Shown here: positions 36,880 through 47,697 of the stretch, one piece after another
How the letters are laid out: every line of letters starts with the position of its first letter
Position numbering within the stretch: the first letter of the stretch is position 1
The notes under the pieces: model-generated
Database searches by the model: none
What the model was told of the DNA's origin: nothing
What the model saw: only the letters and a program-made list of their open reading frames with translations
Position numbers and translations under genes: made by a program
Source of the DNA: an uncultured Methanosarcinaceae archaeon
Lineage (GTDB): Archaea; Halobacteriota; Methanosarcinia; Methanosarcinales; Methanosarcinaceae
Assembly: GCA_963833425.1 (NCBI GenBank)
Contig: CAWHXP010000003.1
Span: 32,001 to 96,000 of the forward strand
Reading direction: 5' to 3'
Length of the DNA stretch: 64,000 bases

Positions 36880-37318
36880 ATGGATTTTTCCGAAAAAGGG
36901 GTTTACTGTCTTATATTTGAAAACCAGGATTGTAAATTTGAAGTAGGGAAAAAAAGGTGAGTTCTCATTCGCTTCAGGCTTTCATATATACGTTGGTTCA
37001 GCCCTTGGGTCGGGAGGTCTGAAAAGAGTAAAAAGGCACATTAACTTTTTTGGGAACAAAGACAGAAATCCCAGATGGCATGTAAATTATCTCCACCTAA
37101 ATCCTTCTTTTAAGCTGATCTCGACAGTTTATGCCATTACCTCTACAAGACTTGAATGCGCACTTGCCAACAGGATAAAATGGGAATAAGTTTTCGGTTT
37201 TGGTTGTACGGATTGTACCTGCAATTCTCACCTTTTTTACAGTAGAAAAAGCCCTATTGGTGAGATCACTGAAATTTTTAAAAATCTTGGGCTTTCGCCT
37301 ATTTTGATTGAACTATGA
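36880..37318 (+). pseudogene. DUF123 / GIY-YIG-like nuclease, frameshifted
   Basis: KGVYCLI, IYVGSALGSGGLKRVKRH, PRWHV.YL, GFGCTDCTCNSHL in shifting frames. Confidence 0.75.
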
Positions 37319-37419
37319 AACTTCTGTTTCTTTTCTTTGACATCTACAGGAAAGCTTAAGGTAAAACAGGGTTTATTCTTAGTTATCAGAAATAAGGCTT
37401 TTTGATCAGAGGATATCGA

Positions 37420-38985
37420 ATGGAACATTTTTCTTTTATTGCCTGCATGCCTGACAGACCAGGAACATTGCACAGGGCAGCCGAGATAATAAGCCGGTAC
37501 GAAGGAAATATTAATAGAATTCAATATGACCGCAGGATCGACAGACACACTGTTTTTTTTGAAGTGACTGCCGTTCCACAGGTTTATGGCAAAATCCGTG
37601 AGGAACTGGAAAAAATAGATTATCTCCAGACTTCCCTCCAGCTTGTAGCTTTTCTAAAATTCTATGTATATCTCCCGAACTGTTCTGGCGCCTTATTCGA
37701 TTTCCTTAATCATATTACTTCATCGGGGGCAAATATCACTTTTCTTGATTTTGATGACCGGGGACAGCATCCTGAAAGACTTGTTGTAGGTCTTAATATC
37801 GATAATACCAGCCTAATAGATTCCCTTCTAAACCAGCTCAAATCACGGTATAGGCTAGAGATTATCGAGTACGACACAACCGGTGAGAGACTTGATGACA
37901 CGGTATTTTATCTCAGGCTGGCTCAAAAACTTAGATCTTTTATTGGAAGTGCTGAAGACGAATTTCTGATGAGGTTTTTGCACGATATTAACCATATTGC
38001 ACAGGAACTTTCAAACCTTCAGAAAGATCCTGTTGAGGTCTTTGAAAACATCCTGAAAATAGGGGACCGCCTGAACCGGACTTCGGGAGAAAACTTTTAT
38101 GCTGATGTGCAGCGAATACTAATTAAAAATGACGTCGAACTATTTTGTTTTCAGCTCCCATGCGGGGGAAATATCTACCTTTTCGATACCCCTTCCGAAA
38201 GAATCATGATTGATACAGGTTATGGCGTCTATTACCAGGATGTTGTGACTATGCTCCAGCACTACAGGCTTGGGGATCTAAGCCGGCTCAAAAGGATTTA
38301 CATTACCCATGCTGATGCAGATCACTGTGGAGCCGCAGGCTTTTTTTCTGCTCCTTCTTATCTTAATCATGAAACTCTTTTGATTACACAGAAAACAAGC
38401 AGAGCATACGGATCCTGCAATCAGGGATGTATTCTTGAAGAGGTCTATACGAAAATAATCAATCTTTTTTCCAAGTTTACTCCGCCTTCGAATGTAGTGC
38501 TTTTTCCTGAAATCTCAGCATCTAATGAAAACATTGAAAAACGAGGGGCTTTCTCTATAATTGCTCGGTTTCACATAGGAGATTTGAACTTTGAGGCTCT
38601 TGCAGGATTAGGAGGGCATATGCATGGGGAAGTTTTCTATCTTTGCCCTGAAGAGGGGTTGATTTTCCCTGAGGATGCTGTCATCAATTTTAAAAGTTTG
38701 AGCTCTGATAGGACGGAATATAACTTGCTCGCTGATTACCTTATGACCTCTGTAAATGTTGACAGTAAGCTTGCTCGGGAAGAGCGAAACGCCCTTCATT
38801 CCCTGATCTCCGAAATCGATGAAAGGCTCACAGTAAAGGGTAAAAAATGCTTGATCTGCTGTGGGCATGGCTCGGTATCCGTACTTGAAGATGGAAAACT
38901 CATCGAATATACAGAGCCAGAGAGATACACTGAAAAGCAAAGAAACATTTCTATCTCTCAAGAAGATTTTTGCGAAGAGAACTGA
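37420..38985 (+). CDS. ACT-domain plus metallo-beta-lactamase-fold hydrolase
   Basis: MPDRPGTL ACT start, IDTGYG, THADADHCG, GGHMHGE, CCGHG. Confidence 0.85.
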   Translation: MEHFSFIACMPDRPGTLHRAAEIISRYEGNINRIQYDRRIDRHTVFFEVTAVPQVYGKIREELEKIDYLQTSLQLVAFLKFYVYLPNCSGALFDFLNHITSSGANITFLDFDDRGQHPERLVVGLNIDNTSLIDSLLNQLKSRYRLEIIEYDTTGERLDDTVFYLRLAQKLRSFIGSAEDEFLMRFLHDINHIAQELSNLQKDPVEVFENILKIGDRLNRTSGENFYADVQRILIKNDVELFCFQLPCGGNIYLFDTPSERIMIDTGYGVYYQDVVTMLQHYRLGDLSRLKRIYITHADADHCGAAGFFSAPSYLNHETLLITQKTSRAYGSCNQGCILEEVYTKIINLFSKFTPPSNVVLFPEISASNENIEKRGAFSIIARFHIGDLNFEALAGLGGHMHGEVFYLCPEEGLIFPEDAVINFKSLSSDRTEYNLLADYLMTSVNVDSKLAREERNALHSLISEIDERLTVKGKKCLICCGHGSVSVLEDGKLIEYTEPERYTEKQRNISISQEDFCEEN

Positions 38986-38986
38986 G

Positions 38987-39264
38987 GTGGACTACTCCTC
39001 CCTGCCTTCTGATGAAGGCTAGGAAGGAGCTTCATGGTTCATCCCTTAAACTTTTGTTTATAAATCCCCAATCTCTTCCCCATGTTCCATAGGTATCATA
39101 GAACTATTAGATTTTGATCTTGAAGAGATAATTTATTGATATTGATTGCTGTGTTTATATCTCCATCATGCTTTGTCTTGTAATCGGTACATATCCATTC
39201 CCTATCTTTCAAGGTTAGATTCGAATTATGGAATCTGCAAACATTACAGAGTTTAAAAGATGGT
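38987..39264 (-). mobile_element. tnpB: IS200/IS605 relic: TnpB C-terminus plus right end
   Basis: PSFKLCNVC...LTLKDREWIC...HDGDINTAINI followed by RE hairpin GCTCCTTCC...GGGAGGAGT and terminal GTCCAC. Confidence 0.85.
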
Positions 39265-39990
39265 TTAAGCTGTCCTATTTGGGGAATAACTTCCTACTCC
39301 TGAGGATTCGATTGAATTTTCAGTTTCTTGAGATACAGAAAGTTCACGTTTTTTTACTGCTATGGTTTCTGGAGTTTTTGCTGGTATTTCTTCTATATCT
39401 GGAAGCGCTATTCTCATGAAATTTTCGAACTTTCCCCCCATATCCTTTCCTGAAAGCAGAACTACTCTGGCTTTTGGATCTAGCTGCTGTACTGATGCTT
39501 CAAGAACGGAAATCCTGATAGGTTCTATCAGATCAACTCTATTTATTACCAAGATTTCAGTATCTACAATCTGCTCATAGCAAATCTTTTTACATATTTC
39601 ATAAGATTTTTGAATTTACTACCGTCAATTAAGGTAATCAGAGGAGTAATTTTTATCTGTTCGCCAAGATTCATAAGCTTTATTTCATCCCTTATCACAC
39701 GAGGAAAAGCAATACTTGCGGATTCGATCATGAGAGTATCATGCTTGTACTCTTTTGCGAGCAGAGTAACTGTTGTCCACAACCCTACTTTAAGGAAGCA
39801 ACAAATGCAACCGCTTGTAATCTCTTTTGTATCGAACCCGAATCTTTTGATTGCATCTCCATCGATTCCGACTTCGTCTCTCTCATTTACAATAATTGCA
39901 ACTTTTTTCCCTTTTCTGCCAGGTATTTTCTCATATTGATTATAGTTGTGGTTTTCCCACTTCCTAGGAAACCACCCATCACAAGAACCT
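39265..39990 (-). pseudogene. CobW/P47K (COG0523-like) G3E GTPase, frameshifted
   Basis: GGFLGSGKTT in one frame; IIVNE, GCICC, INRVDL in others. Confidence 0.85.
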
Positions 39991-39999
39991 GTAAGATCT

Positions 40000-40465
40000 C
40001 GCCCCTTCCAGTGCTCCTTAGATTGTTGGCTTTGCAACTTTCCCCATATTTTCTTTGAAATTCTCGATAATTCTCTCCCTAAATAGCCATACAGTAGTAC
40101 TGTCAGGTATGTATTCAGGAAATCCAAGGGATTTTCTAAAAGAAATTCGATCTATACAATGTTTCTCAAGTTCAAAATCAGAGAGCACATGCCATTGTTA
40201 TAAAACAAGCATTTTGAACATCACAATGACATCAGTTTCAGGTCTCCCTCCTGAAACGGTTTTGTTAATATACATAGACTCAAGAATAATCGAAAAGTTT
40301 TCCAATCAATTAAGGAAGCAATTTCAGCAAGCTTATCTCCAACAGATTCAAGAAGTTTATACTCTTATTTAAGAGCAAAATCAGTAAGAGTTTTCATGAA
40401 TATACATAAATATTGACAAGTTTAAAGCCAACCATGCTCAAGAGCATGGAGGTTATCGAAATTTT
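40000..40465 (-). mobile_element. IS5-family transposase 5' relic with left end
   Basis: MKTLTDFAL...GDKLAEIASLIDWK...GGRPETDVIVMFKMLVL...DRISFRK.LGFPEYIPDSTTVWLFRE; end sequence GAAAATTTCGATA near 40454-40466. Confidence 0.85.
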
Positions 40466-40576
40466 CCATAATTAAAATAATCTTTATTCCAGCAACAAAA
40501 CCATCAATTTTTCCGTCTGATTATTGTTTTTCTACACCTTTATGTCCTCAAGAACGATAGATGTATTGGACAGTTG

Positions 40577-40903
40577 TCATTTGGTCCTATTGCCCATCAT
40601 TCCTGTCCTATGGCTCATCATTCCTGTCCTATGACTCATCATCCCTGTCCTATGACTCATCATTCCTGTCCTATTACCTCTCATTCCTGTCCTATTACCA
40701 CTCATTCCTGTCTTATTACCCATAGCAACTGGAGCTACTGTATTATTTGTAGTTACTGTATTATTTGGAGCTACTGCATCATTTGGAGTTGCTGTATGAT
40801 TTGGTGTTACTGCATTATTTGGAGCTTCACCTTTATTACCTGCGCATCCTATTGCAAGAAAGACACCGAACAATACTAGCAAAATAAGAAATTCTTTTCT
40901 CAT
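40577..40903 (-). CDS. Small secreted lipoprotein with 6-aa and 7-aa (Met/His-rich) tandem repeats
   Basis: GGAGG SD, signal peptide with lipobox LAIG-C, (PNxxVT/A)x5 then (RTGMMSH-like)x7. Confidence 0.8.
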   Translation of the reverse strand: MRKEFLILLVLFGVFLAIGCAGNKGEAPNNAVTPNHTATPNDAVAPNNTVTTNNTVAPVAMGNKTGMSGNRTGMRGNRTGMMSHRTGMMSHRTGMMSHRTGMMGNRTK

Positions 40904-41789
40904 TATTTCCCTCCACATTATTCAAGTTTCTTTATTTATTGTCAACGTAGTAAATATTTACACATATAAACAGCCATAATAGCAGGTTACGTCTTGAAAC
41001 GTGCAGTTAACCCTTGGCTCTAAACGCGAAAGAATGTACTGGCTTAACCTGATCGCGTTTTTTGAGGTTTAAGGCCGCATATTAGAATTCATACACAGCC
41101 TACGTTTCTTACATTTAAAGCGCCTTAAGTTAGTTAAGTATATTTATTTACGTTCGAAACTATTATGCATTAACTTTTAAAGTTCTCTTGGAGAAACTAA
41201 AAATGATGCATAATCTTATGTATATTTTATTAAAAACGGTTTGTATTCTCACCGTAATCTCTCCATTACGATTTTCTGCACAATTATTCAGCACTCACAA
41301 ACTTAAGAGTATAGAGAAACGCGTAAGATTTGATTTTAGGCAAATTTGCTCTTATATAATCGCCTCTGTGCCGATTTAAGCCATTTTTTTGATTAGAGGG
41401 TAGTAACCCATGAGATTTACTAACTTTGTTCATTAAATAAATTATATTAGACCTTATAATTTAAATTTACATCACGACATTTAACGGTTTAATACTGTAG
41501 TTACTCGGTTCAAATATATAAGTCCTAAGCCAGTCCTATCCCAATTATGGGATTAAGTTTATTTTAGGACACTCATTAGGCGAGACTGCCAGCATGCAAC
41601 CTTTTCTATGATGAGTGGACCGACAGTTCTGCAAATTCTGATTGGCTCTGTAACCTTTATCTCCACCACAAAAAAAAACAGTGTTTACTGTTTTATTGAT
41701 ACATAGATTTTACTATATAAACCTATACAACAAAGAAGAAAAAATGATTTTTAGCGTTTTTATGTAATTGGAACTTTTTTCCTATTCCT

Positions 41790-42240
41790 TGATAAATTGG
41801 GAATGTTTTTTTATAATCTCCCATTTGATGGTAGAATTCAGCCAGAGTGCTTACATTTTTTGCAACATCTGAGGTTTCGATTCCAGTTCTGCTTCAAAAA
41901 TTTGCATTATTTCTTCATACTCTTCACATACCTTCTAACCATATACCAATCTCTTGTATAGGTTTCAGCTATTATTTTTCTTACCTCATTTTCATCTATT
42001 CTGCAGTTTTCCTTATTGAATTTAGGTGGTATTTAATGCCTTAATGTAAAGTTTTATGAACGTGTCTGCATCCTCAAAATCATCCAAATTTTGTACAAAA
42101 GTAAGTATATCGTTTGCTGTTTTTTGTTCAAATGTTTTTTTCGTTGCTTTTGTTACTTTTTCCATTGTACAAGTAGGATCCGCTTTCCAGATTATCTGCT
42201 CTTCATTTCTTGACTTTGATACATCATCATACTTTTCCAT
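41790..42240 (-). pseudogene. 72-aa ORF (42022-42240) followed by a degraded TPR-like segment
   Basis: SD-preceded ORF; downstream broken frame DVAKNVSTLAEFYHQMGDYKKTFPIYQ resembles Methanosarcina TPR units. Confidence 0.5.
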
Positions 42241-42346
42241 TTCTCTTTCTCCCCTTTATTTTCTTGGGGCACTTTTTCCCATCTATAATTCCCTTTTATA
42301 GTTTTCATTTTAAGCCTAATAAGGCGGTTGAAAAACTAAAAAAATT

Positions 42347-43239
42347 TAGATGAGTCTCTACTATCTCCCCTTATCCACTCACTCCAGATACGTACTCTTA
42401 CAAGTATACTCTCACAAGTATATTTAATTTGAAATAAGACTAACATCTCCCAAGGCATTCTTTTTACCAGTTTGTGGTCTCTTTTTGGCCTATTCGGTTT
42501 TTCTACAGTATACTATTATCCCCATAATTATTTTAAATTAATCATACGAAAAATAGTTTCTAAACGAAAAATAATCCCGCATAAGATTCTTCACAATCAA
42601 AATATAATTAAGATTAATAATGATTTTTTTTGTTGTTTCCAAGTTTTTCATTCTATGGCAATTATTTTTTAATATTTTTTTGTATTTACTGAACATAAAA
42701 TCGGTAGAAATTTGTATATTCCAACGATCTATAGAACGATCAATTTTACAGACAGATAGGCAAAAATCTGGTTCTTCGTGGTTCTGTGTGGGTTAAAAAT
42801 AATTTTCCAGTTGAAAAGTGGCACTTTAAAAAGATTAGCATCGAGCAGAAACTTGATTTTCCCACAATATATTTTTTCACAGATTATGCATGTTGTACAT
42901 CCATTTAGAAAGTGAGAATATAATTTTCCCCTAAAATCGCAAGAGCCTAAAAAATTAACACATGTTGATTTTTTAGGGAAAGCATACATTCGATTTTGGT
43001 ACTTGACTGTGAAAATTCTTAGATATAATTATTTTCCGTATAATTAATTTAAGATAATTATGGGGATAATAGTATACTGTAGAAAAACCGAATAGGCCAA
43101 AAAGAGACCACAAACCGGTAAAAAGAATACCTTGGGAGATGTTAGTCTTATTTCAAATTAAATATACTTGTGAGAGTATACTTGTGAGAGTATAATACCT
43201 GAAGTTAGTGGATAAGGGGAGATAGTAGAGACTCATCTA
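42347..43239. repeat. ~211-bp inverted repeat (42347-42557 / 43028-43239) around a ~470-bp non-coding spacer
   Basis: Arms align by eye with about a dozen differences; ends TAGATGAGTCTC / GAGACTCATCTA. Confidence 0.95.
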
Positions 43240-44445
43240 TTCTCTTTTAATGCGCTTGATTCGGCAGAATGCAAAATTTGATGTAAAATCTCAAATTTTG
43301 GAAAGTAATTGAGTAGGCAATATCACATTTAAAGAAAAATTAATAAACATATATAACAATGCATACATAATATATAACTAAAAACATATAGAAAAAATAT
43401 GGTAAATTCAAAACCATTTAATTTCCATTGGAAAACATTATAATACTCTATTTCAGTATACTTTTTGTTATAAAGCGAAGTGAGATACTTGTAGCATGCA
43501 GCTAAAATTCAAATGCTAACATAGAAAAATAATAATTCAATCGTGAATTATTACACAAAGATAAGAAAATAATAAGCAATGTGGAAGTTTCGGTAATTTT
43601 GGAAGCTTGTTCAAAAATTATGGAGCTAAGGCTGAAATAACATTTTCTCCAAAGACTCTATTTATAAAGATATTTAAAAAGGAAGGATTTGAATAAGAAA
43701 AAGCAGTTTGATGCTTTCCATTTACTAGAGGCTGTCTTTAAATTAGCCCTTGTAGAAAACCTATTATATCAATTGCAAAAGGCTGAAATTGGATAATAAA
43801 AAGACATCAGGTTATCAGCTTAGACTCATCTTTCAAAGATTGCGAAAAAACGATGGCAATAGACTGCATAATTAATATTTTAACTGAAAAATAGTCTGAT
43901 AGCGAATTCATTCAACTTTTAGAACTTTTGATACTTTAAAATCGATACGTTTAGAGCCTGCTAACTTACTAACATTTTTAGGTTACACTTATATACCAGT
44001 ATTACGGTTATGAATTTTTGTCATCAATAAACCCATTCTTGTATCTATTGCCTTTAAGCATCACGCATTTTAGTTATTTTTCGTCGTGTTCTTCAAATGT
44101 CTTTGAAGACATAGCTTAATTAATGAAAATTAGTTGTTCCAGACGATTTCTACAAAGCAATTAATATAAAAATGTATATAATACTTGGATTCTAAACAAA
44201 AAGAACTATTCTTTAGTTGCAACTTTAATTATTTCTGATCTGACCCTAAAATCCAAAAGTGAATCTCTGAATTATCTAAACCCAATGATTAATCGAGTTT
44301 TGGATCATGGAAACTGCTCAGAACCTTTGTATACAGAAAATAAAACTTATTTTGGGATGAGTTTCTCATTAGACGCACTATTGCAATTAAAGTCGAGTTT
44401 TCCGTTCAATCTGGAGAATTGAAAAAGACAAAATGATGTCTGGAT

Positions 44446-46751
44446 ATGAGCTTTATCATATATCCATCTTTGTCGCTGCTCTCTGGTCTGGCTATCTACC
44501 TTTTAGGGAAGAGGATGGAATGGAGCAGGCATGCTAAGATAGTAATGGGACTGATAGTCGCCCTGATATTCGCGATATTCAGCTTTTTTCTCTACGCGGA
44601 TATCATCCGCTGCCCATTTCCATTCTTTTCCCACATGAAAAGCTCGGAGTTCATGTTCCACAGCGATATAACTCACATCACAAAATCGATAGTTCCAAAG
44701 ATTGTCGTACTATTTCTGTTTCTGCTCTATCCGTTCTGGATCCTTGCCGGGTATGCCTACCCCATGCTCCTGGAAAAAAGAAGGCGCATTACTCAAGAGA
44801 TCTACACATACACTGATGTCAGGAGTAAGAAGGGCGCCCACGCGAAAAACATCAACTATATCAAAAACGATAGCAATATTGATGAATCCAGAGAGGACAC
44901 AGGCATCTACGGCCCACAGATCACAAATAAAGCAGCTGATTCCATGAAGTCATCGGATTATTCGGTTCAAAGGGGTGAAGATATACAAAAGTGTGGGCAG
45001 GACGCCATCGAGACTCCCTGGGTGGTATAGGCAATTCGTCAAGAAGAGCTACAAGGTACTAGTAAAGATCAACATCTGCGGGGGAGTGCCGGAAAGGATG
45101 GGAACATTCACTAGCATGAGGTTGCCGACGTCTTAGCGGATCTCATCCTGTCTGCCGGAGGCAAGCACACCTTTGCAGATGCCGACATGGTCTGGACCAA
45201 ATTCTGGCCGGCGGCGAAAGATTCAGGATTTGTGGGATGGGCCAAAAAGAAGGGAATAGATCTAGTCAATCTTTCCGAGACCAAGATTGTGCGCTTTGAC
45301 TTTGGCCAGGAGAGTGCTCTAGGCACAGAGAAGGAATCTAAGGAGTTAATCGATGCCGATGTGATCATCTCTGTCCCCACCATGAAAACTCATCGCCTCA
45401 CCGGAGTTACCCTGGGCATGAAGAATATGTACGGCACATTTCCGGACATCTACAAAGCCAAGTTCCACAAAAAGAGCATCGAGAATGCCATCCTTGAAGT
45501 AAATTCTGCCTTTACTCCCAATCTGGTTATAATCCGACGGAGCATAGGCGGCGAAGGGATAGGTCCTCTCTCTGCAACTTCGCTGGACTATAAGACCATT
45601 ATCGCCTCCAAAGATGTAGTCATGGCCGATTCCATTGCCTGCCAATTGATGGGCTATAAGCCCCTCCTGGACATCGAGCATATCAAGATGACCTCGGAGA
45701 AAGGACTAGGAGGCGCCACGGCACATTTCGATATGAGCAGCCTACCCTACCCCCATCCAAAGGATGGCAACTGGGAGCGTCCCAATCCACAGGTCAAGGA
45801 CTTCTATGAATGGGGCATAGAGCTAATCCTGATGTTTCCCGGCTGGGAGACTTTTTCTAATATTAGGGCGGACTTCCTGCTCTATGATACCGCCCGCCTG
45901 CCGGTATTGCGTTATCTGATCCCAGCATTTCTCCAACTCCTGCACGATTTCGTCTACACTAATCTCAAGGGGATCAAAAGCACTTTAGGAGACATCACCA
46001 GGAGAGTAATCAATATCAACTTGATAGCTCTGGTGGCATTGGGATACGCTATCGGCTACTATGCAGATGGATATATTTGGAAGTCCAGCCTACTCTTTGA
46101 GTGCAGCTACATTCTGGTAATAGCAATTGCCGCTCTGGCTTCGGCCAGAATGAAGACCATTTCCATCATATCGCTTTTGGCAACATCATCTCTAGTCTGT
46201 TATGTGGTAGAACATACTAACATAAAGACAGGGCTTCTCCAGTACACAGGAAGCACAGATGTAACCATCTTCACCATATCTGGCTGGATATTGATAATGG
46301 TTGTCATATTGCAGCTATCCGATTTCCAAAAGGTGTGGCTGATTAGACTGGAGATCTTTAAGAAAATAAAAAACTGGAGGCTATTTCCTTTTTTGGTGGC
46401 GCTAGCTATCTTTGTCCTGTTCTCTTACTGGGAGGGGTATCTGGCCATATCGAGTATAAATGTGCTGGTGATATATGCGGTCCTGGTTGCCATTGGTATG
46501 CTCTACTCCAGGGAAGCACTCCATTGAATGGAATCTCACTAGTGGTGGTAAGTGTGGTTGTAGGCGGCTACATGGAACTGCTGGGGTCAATGGCAGGATA
46601 CTGGACTTACAGTTTCCATTGGACCTTGGCTATATTCTTTGCCCTCTCCTGGGCATTGAAACACCATGGCCGTTCACGGACTAGCCTACGTTCTCCGCAT
46701 AGATCTGGGAGATCTGGAGGAAAGGCATCTCTTGCCCAGGAATTAGAATAA
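44446..46751 (+). pseudogene. DUF362-domain membrane protein broken into at least three frames
   Basis: SLGGIG...KVLVKINICGG, ADVIISVPTMKTH, TLGMKNMYG, ASKDVVMADS; N- and C-terminal TM segments; frameshifts near 45010-45120 and 46520. Confidence 0.8.
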
Positions 46752-47697
46752 AAGAAATCCGGGAGGGAAGATCTTTTACCTCAATTTCCATCGGAATAAA
46801 CTTTCCATCCGGAATAAGGAGCAAAGAGAACGTTAAGGGGAGATACTCACATGAAATAGGTAACTTTGGCTTTGAGGTGAGTCAAAATTATCCCTTCAAC
46901 AAAAAGCTCTGTGACAATAATTTTTACTTCAGACAATGGATGTTATTTTAGTGATAGCAGGATTAATGTTAACATCTTCAACTACAATAAAAAGATACCT
47001 ATATCGAAATTAGGCTCGCTGAGAAAAATTTAAAATATGTAGGTGGTACTGGTATAGTGCTCATTGTTATAGGCGTGTTTGTACTATTAAAATCTTATAA
47101 TTTAATTCAATTCATAGCCAAGCTGGTAGATTATCTCTCTACTTGACTAAGATTCTTTGAAATGACCAAAACGAGGGCTATAGATAATTTTTGCATGTAC
47201 TTTTGAGCAGTTTAGATCCAATGGCTGAAAAACTTTCTTTGAGATACAATTTTATGCTTTTTTGTTTTAAAAGTACCATATAACAACTATATTTTTTGTC
47301 TTTATGCATACAGATTTTCACTCTAAAAACTATATTCAATCTAAATCAGAGAGACAGAGATTTTGTTAGCATAAACACGATTTTACATCATTTTATCTTT
47401 TTTCCTTTTCACCTTAATCTAGATTTCAGCACTTTGCAAGCTCGCTAGAATTTTTTAGGATTTTTAAAGTCTTGTTAATATTTTTAAATTTTGTATAAAT
47501 GTCTTCATCCTCTTTTAATTGCTGAGGACATCTTCTTTAATTTGTCTTTTCCTAAATATATACATCTATATGTACAGATTGATTTTGTTTATACTATATT
47601 TGATACATACAAAGAATATATAATAAGTAACGTGTATTTAGGATTTTGGTAATAATTTTCTTTTAATTTAGAGTTACTACAAGAAAAACTATATCTT

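Noticed and set aside
40430..40450. Hairpin CCATGCTC-AA-GAGCATGG as an IS605 left end pairing with the TnpB stub
   Set aside because: It lies between the IS5-like terminus and the IS5 transposase start, so it is more simply part of the IS5 end.
40574..40879. Cys/His-rich + strand ORF (HHSCP repeats) as a metallothionein or RiPP precursor
   Set aside because: It is the antisense shadow of the repeat lipoprotein, which has an SD, signal peptide and lipobox; the + ORF has only a TTG start.
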